The translations under genes were made by a program, and so were the position numbers. Below the pieces are notes generated by a model. That model did not search any database. It saw only the letters and a list, made by a program, of their open reading frames with translations, and was not told where the DNA came from. A DNA stretch of 64,000 nucleotides from Elusimicrobiota bacterium (lineage in GTDB: Bacteria > Elusimicrobiota > Elusimicrobia > FEN-1173): the NCBI GenBank assembly GCA_016715645.1, contig JADJZR010000007.1, positions 116,221-180,220 of the forward strand, given 5' to 3'. Each line of letters begins with the position of its first letter. The stretch's first letter is position 1. This document shows, piece by piece, positions 33,072 to 43,093 of the stretch.

Positions 33072-34027
33072 GGTTTTAACCCCACGTATTCCAGTTCCAG
33101 GGGTTCGGGACCAATATTTTCAAAGTAGTAGGCCGTGTCGGGTGGAACCGCCACGTATCCGTATTGGATTTCGGTTTCGCTTTGGCCCAGGTAAGCCACC
33201 CCTTTGCCCCGGCGCGGACGAAAAACCATTTTGGCTTTGTTTTCCCGTAACGTCACCGTCCGCGCCCCCACCGGCACAAGGAACCCGCCCGACCGGATCG
33301 GCTGGGCGTCAGGAACTAAATCCAAGGATCGGTAAAACGTCTGAACGTCCGGATCCGCCTTCAAACTATGTTCTTGAGGCACCACAACTCGAACCGACAC
33401 GCCGCGGGTTTTTTTGGGCGTTATTTCACAGGCTTTTAGCAGGGCCACTTCGTCTCGCAAGAGGGCTTCGTTAAGGCCCCGCTCCCCCGGAGGCGTGTTG
33501 TAAAGCAGGTCTAAAATTGTCCGTTCCCGCAGTTCTATAAAAGCGCCTATTGTCTCCCAATAAACCCGACTCTCACTAGGGGGGCCTTCGCCCCCGGGGC
33601 GTTCGCCCCCTTTCACTTCGCGAGGGGTTGCGGTCTTTTCCAAGACCTGGTCGCGCAAGAGTCGGGTTTCGGACTGGTAGCGAACCCACTTTTTTTCAAC
33701 CAGGGCCCGTGCCTCGGGATCCTCGGCCGGCACTTTTCCGAGCGTGGCGGTTCTCTGCATTTTTTGACAAGCGCCACGCAGGCGCCGAAGGTCCTCTTCC
33801 AAAGCAACGGAATTCACCTCGCCACCCGAACTAAACTCTTCATGCAAAACGCGTACTCTTTTTTCGGCGGAGACCATCACTTTTTCATAGTCCATGGGCG
33901 CCGATCGAATCCGTTCGACCGCCAAACGGCGAACATCCTCCTTTTCAGAAACAAAACTCCCCCGGTCCAGACCATACAGGAAGGCCACTATCATCACCAA
34001 CGAAACCGTAACGAGTGTTTTCATCAC
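33068..34027 (-). CDS. Membrane-anchored hypothetical protein with a cupin-like C-terminus
   Basis: 319 aa with an N-terminal TM helix (LVTVSLVMIVAFLYGL) and C-terminal YYFENIGPEPLELEYVG. Confidence 0.45.
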   Translation of the reverse strand: MMKTLVTVSLVMIVAFLYGLDRGSFVSEKEDVRRLAVERIRSAPMDYEKVMVSAEKRVRVLHEEFSSGGEVNSVALEEDLRRLRGACQKMQRTATLGKVPAEDPEARALVEKKWVRYQSETRLLRDQVLEKTATPREVKGGERPGGEGPPSESRVYWETIGAFIELRERTILDLLYNTPPGERGLNEALLRDEVALLKACEITPKKTRGVSVRVVVPQEHSLKADPDVQTFYRSLDLVPDAQPIRSGGFLVPVGARTVTLRENKAKMVFRPRRGKGVAYLGQSETEIQYGYVAVPPDTAYYFENIGPEPLELEYVGLKP

Positions 34028-34698
34028 CGCCTCGCTTTTTTAAGGGCTTTTTCAACAGAGGGCAAGAGAGTGCGCGCCACTCGGTCGTAGCCTTGTTCGT
34101 TCGGGTGAATTCCGTCCGGCAGGTTCAAAGCCGGGTTGCCCGCCACCCCCTCCAACAGAAACGGCACCAACAACGCCCCGCGCCGGTCCGCCACCCGTTT
34201 AAACATTTTACCGTAGTCGGCGGAGTAAAACAGCCCGAAGTTGGGAAACGTTTTCATTCCGCACAACACCACAACAGCCCCCGCGTCTTGGCATCGGCGG
34301 ACAATCTCGTCGAGGTTCTTCTCGATATCGCTCAGACGTTTGCCCTGGAAGGTGTCGTTGGATCCCAGTCCCACAATCACCACATGGGGTTTTTCGGCCA
34401 AACTGAAATCCAACCGGGCGAGCCCGTCGAACGTGGTATCGCCCGAATGGCCCGCGTTGGTCACCGCCACGGAATAGCCCTTTTCTTTTAATAACCGTTC
34501 CAAAACCGCGGGGTACCCGTCCCGGTCGGGATCCACCAAATCTTTCCCCGCCGTCAAACTGTCCCCAAACGCCAAAACACGCATCGCCGCTCCCGGGGTT
34601 GTCGGCACAGACCTCACGGACGGATCACTTTTTTCACAAGCCCCCAAGAACAATACCCCCACGACGGCAAAAAGGGGACGAATGTCTTCCCTATTCAT
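34024..34698 (-). CDS. SGNH/GDSL hydrolase (TesA-like arylesterase/thioesterase)
   Basis: Block I VLAFGDSLTAG, block III GLGSNDT, block V DGIHPN; signal/lipobox LGAC. Confidence 0.8.
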   Translation of the reverse strand: MNREDIRPLFAVVGVLFLGACEKSDPSVRSVPTTPGAAMRVLAFGDSLTAGKDLVDPDRDGYPAVLERLLKEKGYSVAVTNAGHSGDTTFDGLARLDFSLAEKPHVVIVGLGSNDTFQGKRLSDIEKNLDEIVRRCQDAGAVVVLCGMKTFPNFGLFYSADYGKMFKRVADRRGALLVPFLLEGVAGNPALNLPDGIHPNEQGYDRVARTLLPSVEKALKKARR

Positions 34699-37192
34699 GG
34701 CGAAGAGTTTCCATGGGGTGTTGGCCTAAAGAACCCCGTGTGACAATCCACGAAAGCAAAACAATGCTCGCCGCCGCTATGCCCATAAACGCGCCCGTGA
34801 ACAGCGGGAATAGATTCAACCGAAGTTCGAACACACGCTGGAGCAGTAACGCGCTGGCCCCGACCCCCAATACCGACGCGGCCGCCACGCCCGCGCCGGC
34901 GATAATGGCATATTCCGCCAACGCCACCGCCACCACCTGTCCGGGGGACGCACCCAAAGCGCGAAACAGGGCCGATTCGCGTTTTCGCGACGCCAACGAC
35001 GCCAACAAACTCGACATCAAAAGCAAAACGCCCGCCGATAACCCGAAATAGCCCAACGCCCGCACAACCGTTCCCAACCGTTTGAACAAACGGCCCGTCA
35101 AGGCCGCCACGTCCGTCAAATCGATGACCGTGACGTTGGGCAAAACCTCGGCCAACCGATTTTGAAGGTCGGGCAGTCGCTCTTTGGAAACGGCCATTCC
35201 CGTCATGAGCGTGTGAGGCACGTTGTCCAAGAGGCCCGGTTGAAAATAAAAATAAAAAAACGGTTGTCGAACCGACTGGTTGATCGCGCGAAAAGACGAA
35301 AGGGTCGCCTCAAACCGGCGGCCCAACACACTAACGGCAATCCGGTCGCCCCGTCGCAGGCCGAACTTTTTTTTGTACTCATCAAACACCGACACTTGAG
35401 GGCCCGTCACGGCGGGGTCCCACAAGGCGGGTCCTTCCACGACGGTGTCCGTGGGCAAAAGGTCGTCGCCAAAAGTCAAACCAAATTCCCGGGTCAAACG
35501 ATCGCCCGAACCTTTGCGGTCCCCTCGCCGGTTGATTTGCTGAACCGGCACCCCGTTGACCGTCACCACGCGGCCCCGAATCAACGGAAACAAGCGGGCT
35601 CCCGGATTATTTGTTATCTCGTTAAACTCCGTCCGTTGGCCAGGTTGAATATTAATGAAAAAAGTGTTGGGCGCATCGGGTGGAAAACTTTGGATCAGTT
35701 GGGAAAAAAGATTTTTTTCCATAAGAAAGAGGGTCAACAATACCGTCAGTGAAAGGGCCACCGATAGGACCACCGCGTTATTTAAATTGCCGGGCCGCGA
35801 CAAGCCCCGCGCCGCCAACCGCGGGACCAAACCCTTCAAGGACGAAAAAAGTTTCCGAAACAACGCCATTCCCACGCCCACCAAACCGCCCCCCCCGACA
35901 ACCGTGGCCGCCAGGGCGAGCACGAATTGACCCGCCAAAAGAGACCGACCCGTTTGGGCCCAGACCAACAGATAAAAAAGTGTTGCGCCCGCCATTGCCC
36001 ACACGGCCCCTCGAGCGGACCGTAACCCCGTCGCGGGGATATCGTCGGCCAAAATCCGCGCGGGCGAAAGGTCTCCCAGCTTGAGCAGAGGCCAGACCGT
36101 AAACAAAAGACCCGCCCCGATCCCAACACCGGCAGACCGGGCCAACGCCCCGATCGGAAACGCTGGAACCAACCCGCTCGGCAACAGGTCACCGAACAAC
36201 GCCAACAGGAGCGACGCCAGCAATCGGCTCGCGCCCAACGCCAGCCCCAACCCCGCCAATGACAACAGGCCAACCCACCCCAACCACGCCCGATACACAT
36301 ATCGGGTGGGCGCGCCCATGGCAAACATCATGCCCACACTTTTTTCTCCCGCGTTCAGAGCCGCCGAGAGGGCGGTCGCCGCTCCGATCCCTCCCAGCGT
36401 CAACGTCAATAGGGCTAGAAAGTCCAAATACAAAATGGTCCTTTGAATGAATTTGAGAATTCCGGGGTTATCGGTGGACCAACTCGCCACCTCCGTGGTT
36501 TCCGACGACGCCCGGGCCTTGACCTCCGCCAACGCGCCCGCTAAATCCGTTCCCGGCGGCACGTTGAGGTAAAGCGTGTTGGAAGCCCGACTGCCCGGAG
36601 CCATTAATTTTGAATCCCGCAGATCCGCCAGGGAAATAAACACGGTCGGTGAAAGCTCAAAAAAAGAGGTGGGAACGTCGGTTCGGTCCAACACGGTGTC
36701 GGCCACCGTTAAATCCAAGGCGCCGATCCGCAATGTGTCGCCCACGGACAGGGTCCACCCTTTTAGCAACCGGTCTCCCACCACCACCGATCCGGGTTTC
36801 AATACCGACGCGAACGGCCGACCCGATCCCGTTGTGAATTTCCCGTAAAGGGGGTAAGCGTTGCTGACCGCTGACAACGTGACTTGACCTGTTTTTTGAG
36901 CCCGGCGGTGTTGGGCCATCGATAGAGTATCGATGGAGCGGGCGAACGCGGCCGCCGGCCACCGGCGGCGGGCCCACACTTCCACATCGTCCAACACCAC
37001 GTCACTGCCCTTCACGGTGATGTCGGCGGACCACAACTCTTTGGCCTGGGCTGTGACAGTTTTTTTGACCACCCCCGACACTCCCGCCAACGCCATTAAA
37101 CTGGCCGTCCCCACCGCGATGGACAACGAAAAAAGACCGGCGTAAAGGGGCCGGTACCGAATTTCTCGAACCGCGAAACCAAGGGGAGTCAT
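34691..37192 (-). CDS. FtsX-domain ABC transporter permease, YbbP-like (about 10 TM, two FtsX repeats)
   Basis: 833 aa. N-terminal FAVREIRYRPLYAGLFSLSIAVG and two hydrophobic 4-TM clusters separated by large loops. It overlaps the tesA-like gene by 8 nt. Confidence 0.8.
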   Translation of the reverse strand: MTPLGFAVREIRYRPLYAGLFSLSIAVGTASLMALAGVSGVVKKTVTAQAKELWSADITVKGSDVVLDDVEVWARRRWPAAAFARSIDTLSMAQHRRAQKTGQVTLSAVSNAYPLYGKFTTGSGRPFASVLKPGSVVVGDRLLKGWTLSVGDTLRIGALDLTVADTVLDRTDVPTSFFELSPTVFISLADLRDSKLMAPGSRASNTLYLNVPPGTDLAGALAEVKARASSETTEVASWSTDNPGILKFIQRTILYLDFLALLTLTLGGIGAATALSAALNAGEKSVGMMFAMGAPTRYVYRAWLGWVGLLSLAGLGLALGASRLLASLLLALFGDLLPSGLVPAFPIGALARSAGVGIGAGLLFTVWPLLKLGDLSPARILADDIPATGLRSARGAVWAMAGATLFYLLVWAQTGRSLLAGQFVLALAATVVGGGGLVGVGMALFRKLFSSLKGLVPRLAARGLSRPGNLNNAVVLSVALSLTVLLTLFLMEKNLFSQLIQSFPPDAPNTFFINIQPGQRTEFNEITNNPGARLFPLIRGRVVTVNGVPVQQINRRGDRKGSGDRLTREFGLTFGDDLLPTDTVVEGPALWDPAVTGPQVSVFDEYKKKFGLRRGDRIAVSVLGRRFEATLSSFRAINQSVRQPFFYFYFQPGLLDNVPHTLMTGMAVSKERLPDLQNRLAEVLPNVTVIDLTDVAALTGRLFKRLGTVVRALGYFGLSAGVLLLMSSLLASLASRKRESALFRALGASPGQVVAVALAEYAIIAGAGVAAASVLGVGASALLLQRVFELRLNLFPLFTGAFMGIAAASIVLLSWIVTRGSLGQHPMETLRHE

Positions 37193-37497
37193 AAGGGGTG
37201 TGATCGACCCGCTCTAATCATGAACGAAGGCGGGAAAATTCTGTGCCACACACTGTCAAAGGGGACCCCGTACCAACCGGAGAATCCCAATTAATTAGAA
37301 TTTGCCTGCCGGAAATTTAAGATCCAATGACACGGAAACCGTTTTCCCCGGACATCTTAGGTCGTTGACCAGCCCCCCCCCGGAGGGTAAAGAACCCGTA
37401 TCATTGACCCAAGATAGCCCCGCACCGGCCGTCACATTGGACGTCCACGTTCCTTGGCCAAAAGACTGAAGCCGACGGAAGAGTCGTGGCATGGTCA

Positions 37498-38217
37498 TCA
37501 GTAGTTGATCAGGAGCGACAGAAGAGTGAGGCTGTCGTCCCGTTTAAACCCGGCGGGGGGTTCGTGAACATGCTTCCAGATGTAAGAGACCTTCAGGGCC
37601 ATCCGGGTGGACAGGGAGGCTTTGAGGGCGGTCTCGGTGTTAACGCGATACCCGTTGGGATTGTCAAAGTTGTGCAAATATTCACCGTCCTGGAAAAACG
37701 AGGATGTCTTTGAAATCCCCCGCACATATTTGGCATACAAACGACCGGAAACAAAATCGTTACGGGGCGCTTTGACGAGTTGTTCGTTGATGTAACCGCC
37801 GCCGATTTCTCCGAACAGGTCGTCCGCCGCGGTTTTGAGCAGTCCGCGTCCCACACCCACCGAAGCGTCGTAGCGGTGGTTGTACCCCGCGAATCGGTTG
37901 GATTCCCATTGGGCCCGCTCAAACAGGTAATTTCGGCCTGACAATTTCCACTCCGCCTTTTCACCGGCGTCGTACCGTTCCGACGTGCGTTGATTGTCGC
38001 TTTCCACGTTGAGCGCGTGGGCCCACAACTCCAGGGCCTTTTTGTCTTTACTCCAGTTAAACTTCTCGCCGGCGCCCACCGTGCGGGATTGGCTGTTGCC
38101 CCGTGCAGACAAAAAGGTGAGTTGTGTCTCATTCTCCCAATTCTTGGCCGGCTCCTCCGCCGATACCAACGAACAAGTTGCCACTGCAACCGCTGTCAAA
38201 AAAAGGGATCGTTTCAT
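37498..38217 (-). CDS. Outer-membrane beta-barrel protein, DUF481 (YdiY-like)
   Basis: 239 aa with a signal peptide. TQLTFLSARGNSQSRT and the repeated strand pattern fit the family, and the sequence ends in an aromatic residue (LLINY). Confidence 0.55.
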   Translation of the reverse strand: MKRSLFLTAVAVATCSLVSAEEPAKNWENETQLTFLSARGNSQSRTVGAGEKFNWSKDKKALELWAHALNVESDNQRTSERYDAGEKAEWKLSGRNYLFERAQWESNRFAGYNHRYDASVGVGRGLLKTAADDLFGEIGGGYINEQLVKAPRNDFVSGRLYAKYVRGISKTSSFFQDGEYLHNFDNPNGYRVNTETALKASLSTRMALKVSYIWKHVHEPPAGFKRDDSLTLLSLLINY

Positions 38218-38226
38218 GGGGCTTTC

Positions 38227-39291
38227 CTATTGTTTCTTGGTTGCTGAAAGAGTGGCCACAGCCCGACGGTTGGCGGCGCGCCCTTCCGGTGTGGCGTTAT
38301 CAGCTACCGGCGATTCGATTCCGTAACCGACCGCGGTCACCCGTTCGGGCGCGATGCCGAATCGATCCACCAAAGTCTTGCGAATTGATTGGGCCCGTTT
38401 CAACGAAAGAGCCTTGTTCTTTGCGGGCGAACCCACGTTGTCTGTGTAACCCGCAATTTCCACCGTGGTCTCAGGATAGCGTTTCATAAAGTCGGCCGCT
38501 TTTTTTAATTGCGGATCAAATTCGGGACCAAGGTCCGTTTTGCCGGTAACAAATTTCACGTCCAACGTCATCGAAACTTTCTGAGTGGAACACCCGGCAT
38601 GGTCCACCAAGATTCCCGCGGGTGTGTTGGGGCACTGGTCCAAAGCATCGATCACACCGTCCTCATCGCTGTCCACTAACATCGCAACGGCCACCGGGAC
38701 CAGTTCCTGTTTTTCAGGGGCCGGGGATCCACCCCAAAATAAGTTCGCCATAAGGCCCAGCGTGTAGGCAGTCGCTTCCGTCCGATTCTCGCTGGACTGG
38801 TTCAACACGTAATGCAGCCGCGCCAAAGCCCCCACGCTGGCCCAGTCAGCGATGAAATATTCGCCGCCCAGCCCCCCCTGGGCTGCAAAAGCGGTTTGTG
38901 ACTTTTCCTCGCCTGTCGGGTCCAAGCCGCTCACTTCGGCGGCGCCAACGCTCAACAGGGCCACCGGAACCAGCCGACTGTCCGGCCGAAACGAATGCCA
39001 CACTCCCACCGTGACTGGCTCCAAGCGGATTCGGTTCGCCGAAGAATCGTCCTTGACCTTCAACTGGATCGAATCGTAACCCACTACGAGCTCGTTTCGT
39101 TTGCTGAGACCCAAACGAAGCCAGAGGGAGTGGAACAAATCCCCATTGGTCTCACGTTTATCGTCTTTGCGAGCAATGAGATCACCCCATCCGCCAGCCC
39201 CGCCCACACCGATGCGACCCGTGGCATCACCGGCGACCGCCATTGTTGTCAACGCGACTAAAAATATCCCACCGAGAATTTTACGTTTCAT
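38227..39291 (-). CDS. OmpA-family outer-membrane protein with thrombospondin-type-3 Ca-binding repeats
   Basis: C-terminal OmpA domain IAGYTDNVGSPAKNKALSLKRAQSIRKTLV...GRAANRRAV. TSP3 repeat DSDEDGVIDALDQCPNTPAG. N-terminal barrel. Confidence 0.85.
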   Translation of the reverse strand: MKRKILGGIFLVALTTMAVAGDATGRIGVGGAGGWGDLIARKDDKRETNGDLFHSLWLRLGLSKRNELVVGYDSIQLKVKDDSSANRIRLEPVTVGVWHSFRPDSRLVPVALLSVGAAEVSGLDPTGEEKSQTAFAAQGGLGGEYFIADWASVGALARLHYVLNQSSENRTEATAYTLGLMANLFWGGSPAPEKQELVPVAVAMLVDSDEDGVIDALDQCPNTPAGILVDHAGCSTQKVSMTLDVKFVTGKTDLGPEFDPQLKKAADFMKRYPETTVEIAGYTDNVGSPAKNKALSLKRAQSIRKTLVDRFGIAPERVTAVGYGIESPVADNATPEGRAANRRAVATLSATKKQ

Positions 39292-39303
39292 ACCCTATTC
39301 ACC

Positions 39304-39651
39304 CTATTTGTTGGAGTCAGCGATGGTGACGACGTTTGTCCGCGCCACGTTGTTCATCACTTTAATGGCCATAAAAATGGCGAACGCAATGATGATAAAA
39401 TCGAGGACCGTGTTAATGAACGCCCCGTAGCGCAAGGTCACCGCCGGGCCCCCGTCCACGGGAGCGGTCAACGCCAGCGCCTTGTCCTTGATGTCCACGC
39501 CGCCCGTTAAAGCGCCCACCACCGGCATCACCATGTCGTTGACCAACGACGTGACAATTTTACCAAACGCGCCGCCAATCACAACCCCCACCGCCATGTC
39601 CACCACGTTCCCCCGCATGGCGAATTGTTTAAATTCACTGAGGACACTCAT
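39304..39651 (-). CDS. mscL: Large-conductance mechanosensitive channel
   Basis: 115 aa, [37 protein letters not shown]. Confidence 0.9.
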   Translation of the reverse strand: MSVLSEFKQFAMRGNVVDMAVGVVIGGAFGKIVTSLVNDMVMPVVGALTGGVDIKDKALALTAPVDGGPAVTLRYGAFINTVLDFIIIAFAIFMAIKVMNNVARTNVVTIADSNK

Positions 39652-39675
39652 GGGACACCCCTGTGTTTGAGATTT

Positions 39676-41274
39676 TTACGAAGCGCTTTGGTAAGCGCGG
39701 TAGTCGATTTGGGGAAACAGGTTGTCGATGGATTCCAGGTGAGACAAAAAGCCTTCGTCCAGACGGATCTCTTGAACGCGATGGAACAAGTCCAGGAAAC
39801 GCCCCACGTGGTCCCGGGTACGTTTTTCGGAATATTGCCGAGCGGTCCCCACGGTCATCAGAAAAGCCCAGTCCGACGATTGGGCCAACAAGAGCTCCCG
39901 AGCCGCTTGGTTGAGATAACGCCGCAACACCCCCTCCGCGTTGGGATGAACGTTAGCCAAATGAATCATCCGCTCCGAGGCGATGTGCAGGTGGGGATAC
40001 ACCCAATCGTTGGAGGCGTTGAGCCACACTTCGTGATAGCCTTTGTCGCCCCAGCTGGAGGGTTCGGGTTCGGCGATTTGGTGTTCGGGAAACTTTTGCA
40101 AATAGTCCACGGCGTGGATGGTTTTGACGGCGGATTGGTCGAAATGCATTTTGCGCAACAAAGAATCCAAAAAGTCCGGCCCCTCAAACCACCAATGACC
40201 GAACAGTTCCGCGTCGTACACCGATGTCACCAGCGGGGGACGGTTCATGACATTTTTTAAATATTCCACTTGCCGCTCACGGTTGAACAAAAAGTTTCCC
40301 GCGTGGCTGGCCGCCGTGGCTCGAGCCCGGGACGGCACATAGGGTTCCTTGTCGGCCAAAGCCACCCGGCCGGTCACGCGGTAATACTTGATCCCCGTGT
40401 TTCGCCGCACACCGTCGTCGTGCAAATAGGGACGAATGTAGTTGTAGTCCAAGTCGTAACCGATGTCGCGGTAAAATTCCCGATAGTTGAAATCGCCGGG
40501 ATACCCCTGTTCGGCGGACCACACCTGGTGGGCCGTTTCCATGTCCCGCCCAAAAAAAGCGACACCGCCCGGAGAATACAACGGCGCGAACACGCCGTAA
40601 CGCGGCCGCGGTTTGGAAAATAGAATTCCGTGGGAATCTAAGAACGAAAACCGGATGCCGTTCTCTTTTAAAATGGTGTCCACGCCGGGTGCGTAGGCGC
40701 ATTCGGGCAACCAAATGCCCCGGGGCGGGCGGCCGAAATGGCGTTGATAATCCTGGACCGCAATGCGCACCTGGGCCCGCCGGGATTCTTCGTGAATCAT
40801 GAGCGGCAAGTAACCGTGCGTGGCCCCACACGTGATGATTTCCAGCAAACCGTAATCTTGAAGGGCTTTAAACCGGGTCAGCAAGCGCCCGCCGCACGCG
40901 TCCACGATTTCTTTGACCCGCCGGAACTTGCCCAAATACATGGCGGCCGTTTCTTGAAACGCCGCGGGCAGAGACCGGGTGCGGACCACCTCTTTTTCAG
41001 CCAGTTCCAATAGTTTTTCCAGTTTCGCGCGGTAACGGGTCATCAACAGATCGTCCGACAACATGTTGCACAAGGGCGGCGTCAGGGACATGCTGAGCCG
41101 GAACGGAATTTTTTCGGACGCCAATCGTTCCAGGATGTCCAGGATGGGAACGTACGTTTCCGTGATCGCTTCGTAAAACCAATCTTCTTCCAAAAAGTCG
41201 GGATATTCCGGATGTCGAACGTACGGCAGGTGCGCGTGGAGAACGAGGTTAAGGTAACCTTGAGGGTCGGACAC
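39676..41274 (-). CDS. GH57-family 1,4-alpha-glucan branching enzyme
   Basis: 532 aa with GH57-typical blocks: YLNLVLHAHLPYVRHPEY, GLLEIITCGATHGYLPL and WLPECAY. Confidence 0.8.
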   Translation of the reverse strand: MSDPQGYLNLVLHAHLPYVRHPEYPDFLEEDWFYEAITETYVPILDILERLASEKIPFRLSMSLTPPLCNMLSDDLLMTRYRAKLEKLLELAEKEVVRTRSLPAAFQETAAMYLGKFRRVKEIVDACGGRLLTRFKALQDYGLLEIITCGATHGYLPLMIHEESRRAQVRIAVQDYQRHFGRPPRGIWLPECAYAPGVDTILKENGIRFSFLDSHGILFSKPRPRYGVFAPLYSPGGVAFFGRDMETAHQVWSAEQGYPGDFNYREFYRDIGYDLDYNYIRPYLHDDGVRRNTGIKYYRVTGRVALADKEPYVPSRARATAASHAGNFLFNRERQVEYLKNVMNRPPLVTSVYDAELFGHWWFEGPDFLDSLLRKMHFDQSAVKTIHAVDYLQKFPEHQIAEPEPSSWGDKGYHEVWLNASNDWVYPHLHIASERMIHLANVHPNAEGVLRRYLNQAARELLLAQSSDWAFLMTVGTARQYSEKRTRDHVGRFLDLFHRVQEIRLDEGFLSHLESIDNLFPQIDYRAYQSAS

Positions 41275-42137
41275 TATTCGCTCTTGTGGGACCGGCGCGT
41301 CACCCGAAACTCGATGGACCGCGATAAGTCACCGTCGCGGTGGGTGGCGTGAATCGGAAACACCTGTTCCCCGTCGGGAAGGGAAAAGCGAAACGAAAAA
41401 GTGCCATCGGGGTTCAACGCCACCGGATGGCCTTGAAACGTTAAGGACGCGTCGGGCTCTGTTGCGCCATACACAATCACTTCCGTGTCGGCCACCAGCC
41501 AAAACCCTTTTTCTTTCTTTAACGACGGCATCCGGCCCCAACTGGCGCCACCCGGCGATGTGGGGATCAACGAGGCCGATGAAACGTTGCGAAGCAGTTC
41601 CCAACGCTGAGCCAAAATCTTGACCACGTCCAACGACCCGGCCCCCAGCCGACCGCCGCCGGAGAGCTCAAACAACCGTTCCCAATCGGCCTGCAAAACG
41701 CCCCACCGTTCGTCGGTGATGTCCGACACCTGGCCGGCCGGCAAGCGGATCCGGTTGGAAATGGCCAGCAACACAAACCGACCGTCGGGCAGAACCAACC
41801 CCAGCTCCGCGTGCCAGTCCCCGTCGGGTTCCGGCGAGTGCACATACCAATTGCGGGCGTCCACCCGAACGTCCACATCGAAAAACCCGGATTTGCCCGA
41901 CCGGCTGGAATGGACTCGAAGAACCGATCGGCCCTGTTTTAACATGTCGCCAAACTGTTTGCGGGCTTCGTCCCAGGTGTAGGGAGCCACTTCCCAATAA
42001 GCGTGGATCCAGCGAGGGTCGCGCGGAAGAATAACCAAACGGGTCACGCCATACTCTTTAGGCAACGGACCGGCGCTGGCCGGAGAAACCGGCCGCGGAG
42101 CGGAACCTGAGGAAGGCGCGTTGACGTGGGACGTCAT
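41274..42137 (-). CDS. DUF4912-domain protein (usual partner of GH57 branching enzyme)
   Basis: 287 aa. YGVTRLVILPRDPRWIHAYWEV is the family-typical opening block. Its stop abuts the GH57 start. Confidence 0.55.
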   Translation of the reverse strand: MTSHVNAPSSGSAPRPVSPASAGPLPKEYGVTRLVILPRDPRWIHAYWEVAPYTWDEARKQFGDMLKQGRSVLRVHSSRSGKSGFFDVDVRVDARNWYVHSPEPDGDWHAELGLVLPDGRFVLLAISNRIRLPAGQVSDITDERWGVLQADWERLFELSGGGRLGAGSLDVVKILAQRWELLRNVSSASLIPTSPGGASWGRMPSLKKEKGFWLVADTEVIVYGATEPDASLTFQGHPVALNPDGTFSFRFSLPDGEQVFPIHATHRDGDLSRSIEFRVTRRSHKSE

Positions 42138-42258
42138 CTTGAAACGGGTGCGATCCTTTGTAAATCCTGTTGTGTGTTACGACTGTCGCCGCGTTGGCCG
42201 GCGGCCGATACTTCTTGGCGATAATCTAGCAAATACGAAAGGAATTGCAAGAAAAATT

Positions 42259-42450
42259 TCACAGCCTATGCAACAGATGGCGCAATCGGACAGCCACCCC
42301 CACGCCCCCCAACACCAAAATCCCATAAACAACCTTCCCGAAAGGTTTATCCAACACCTTCAGCAAGGGCGGTGTCACGATTGCGAATAGTACCAAATAA
42401 AGGACCGCCACCGCCAGCGCGTGCAAAAGAGGCTTAATTTTCGCGTCCAT
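42259..42450 (-). CDS. Small two-TM membrane protein, hypothetical
   Basis: 63 aa with two hydrophobic helices. It overlaps the end of plsC by 17 nt. Confidence 0.3.
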   Translation of the reverse strand: MDAKIKPLLHALAVAVLYLVLFAIVTPPLLKVLDKPFGKVVYGILVLGGVGVAVRLRHLLHRL

Positions 42451-43093
42451 GCTTAACCGTCTCCTGGAGTCCCGCGATCGCGGCCATCACCCGTTGAGCG
42501 AACGCGTCGGCGGGTTCGCCGGGGTTGACCGCCAACGGGGGCCCAAACCGTACCGCCACCGACGGAAACCGCGCCATGCGATGCGTGTTGTGCACATACA
42601 CCGGCACCACCGGCGCACCGGACTGAATCGCCAGCCACCCCACCCCCGCTTTCGGCGGGCCCAACACCCCGTCGCGCCGCCGACGGCCTTCGGGAAACAA
42701 AATCAACGCGCCCCCGGCCGCCAAGAGCCGTTGGGCCGTGCGAAACGCGCCCACGTCGCCACGCGACCGACGCACCGGAAACGCATGGACCCCCCGCAAC
42801 ACGGCCCCGAACAACGGGATCCGAAACAATTCTTCTTTCGCCATAAAATACAACGGGCGATCCAGACTCGAGCCCACCAACGGCGGATCGGCGAACGACG
42901 CGTGGTTGCACGCCAACAACACGGGCCCGGCCGCGGGAACATGTTCCCGTCCGTGCACCGTGCATCGCCACACGACAGCGTACAAAATTCGAAACATCCG
43001 GTGGCCCGTGGCATACAAAATCCGCGACACGAACCCCGCCAGCCCTCCGGGATTCAACGACACCGACGCGGAAACGCTCTCGTCAGCGGACAC
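42434..43093 (-). CDS. plsC: 1-acyl-sn-glycerol-3-phosphate acyltransferase
   Basis: NHASFADP (the HX4D motif) and FPEGRR. Confidence 0.8.
   Translation of the reverse strand: MSADESVSASVSLNPGGLAGFVSRILYATGHRMFRILYAVVWRCTVHGREHVPAAGPVLLACNHASFADPPLVGSSLDRPLYFMAKEELFRIPLFGAVLRGVHAFPVRRSRGDVGAFRTAQRLLAAGGALILFPEGRRRRDGVLGPPKAGVGWLAIQSGAPVVPVYVHNTHRMARFPSVAVRFGPPLAVNPGEPADAFAQRVMAAIAGLQETVKHGREN

Noticed and set aside
37295-37498. 67-aa ORF ending ...SVSLDLKFPAGKF, reminiscent of an outer-membrane-barrel C-terminus
   Set aside because: It is too short for a barrel and has no signal peptide. It could be a remnant, but I cannot support a call.
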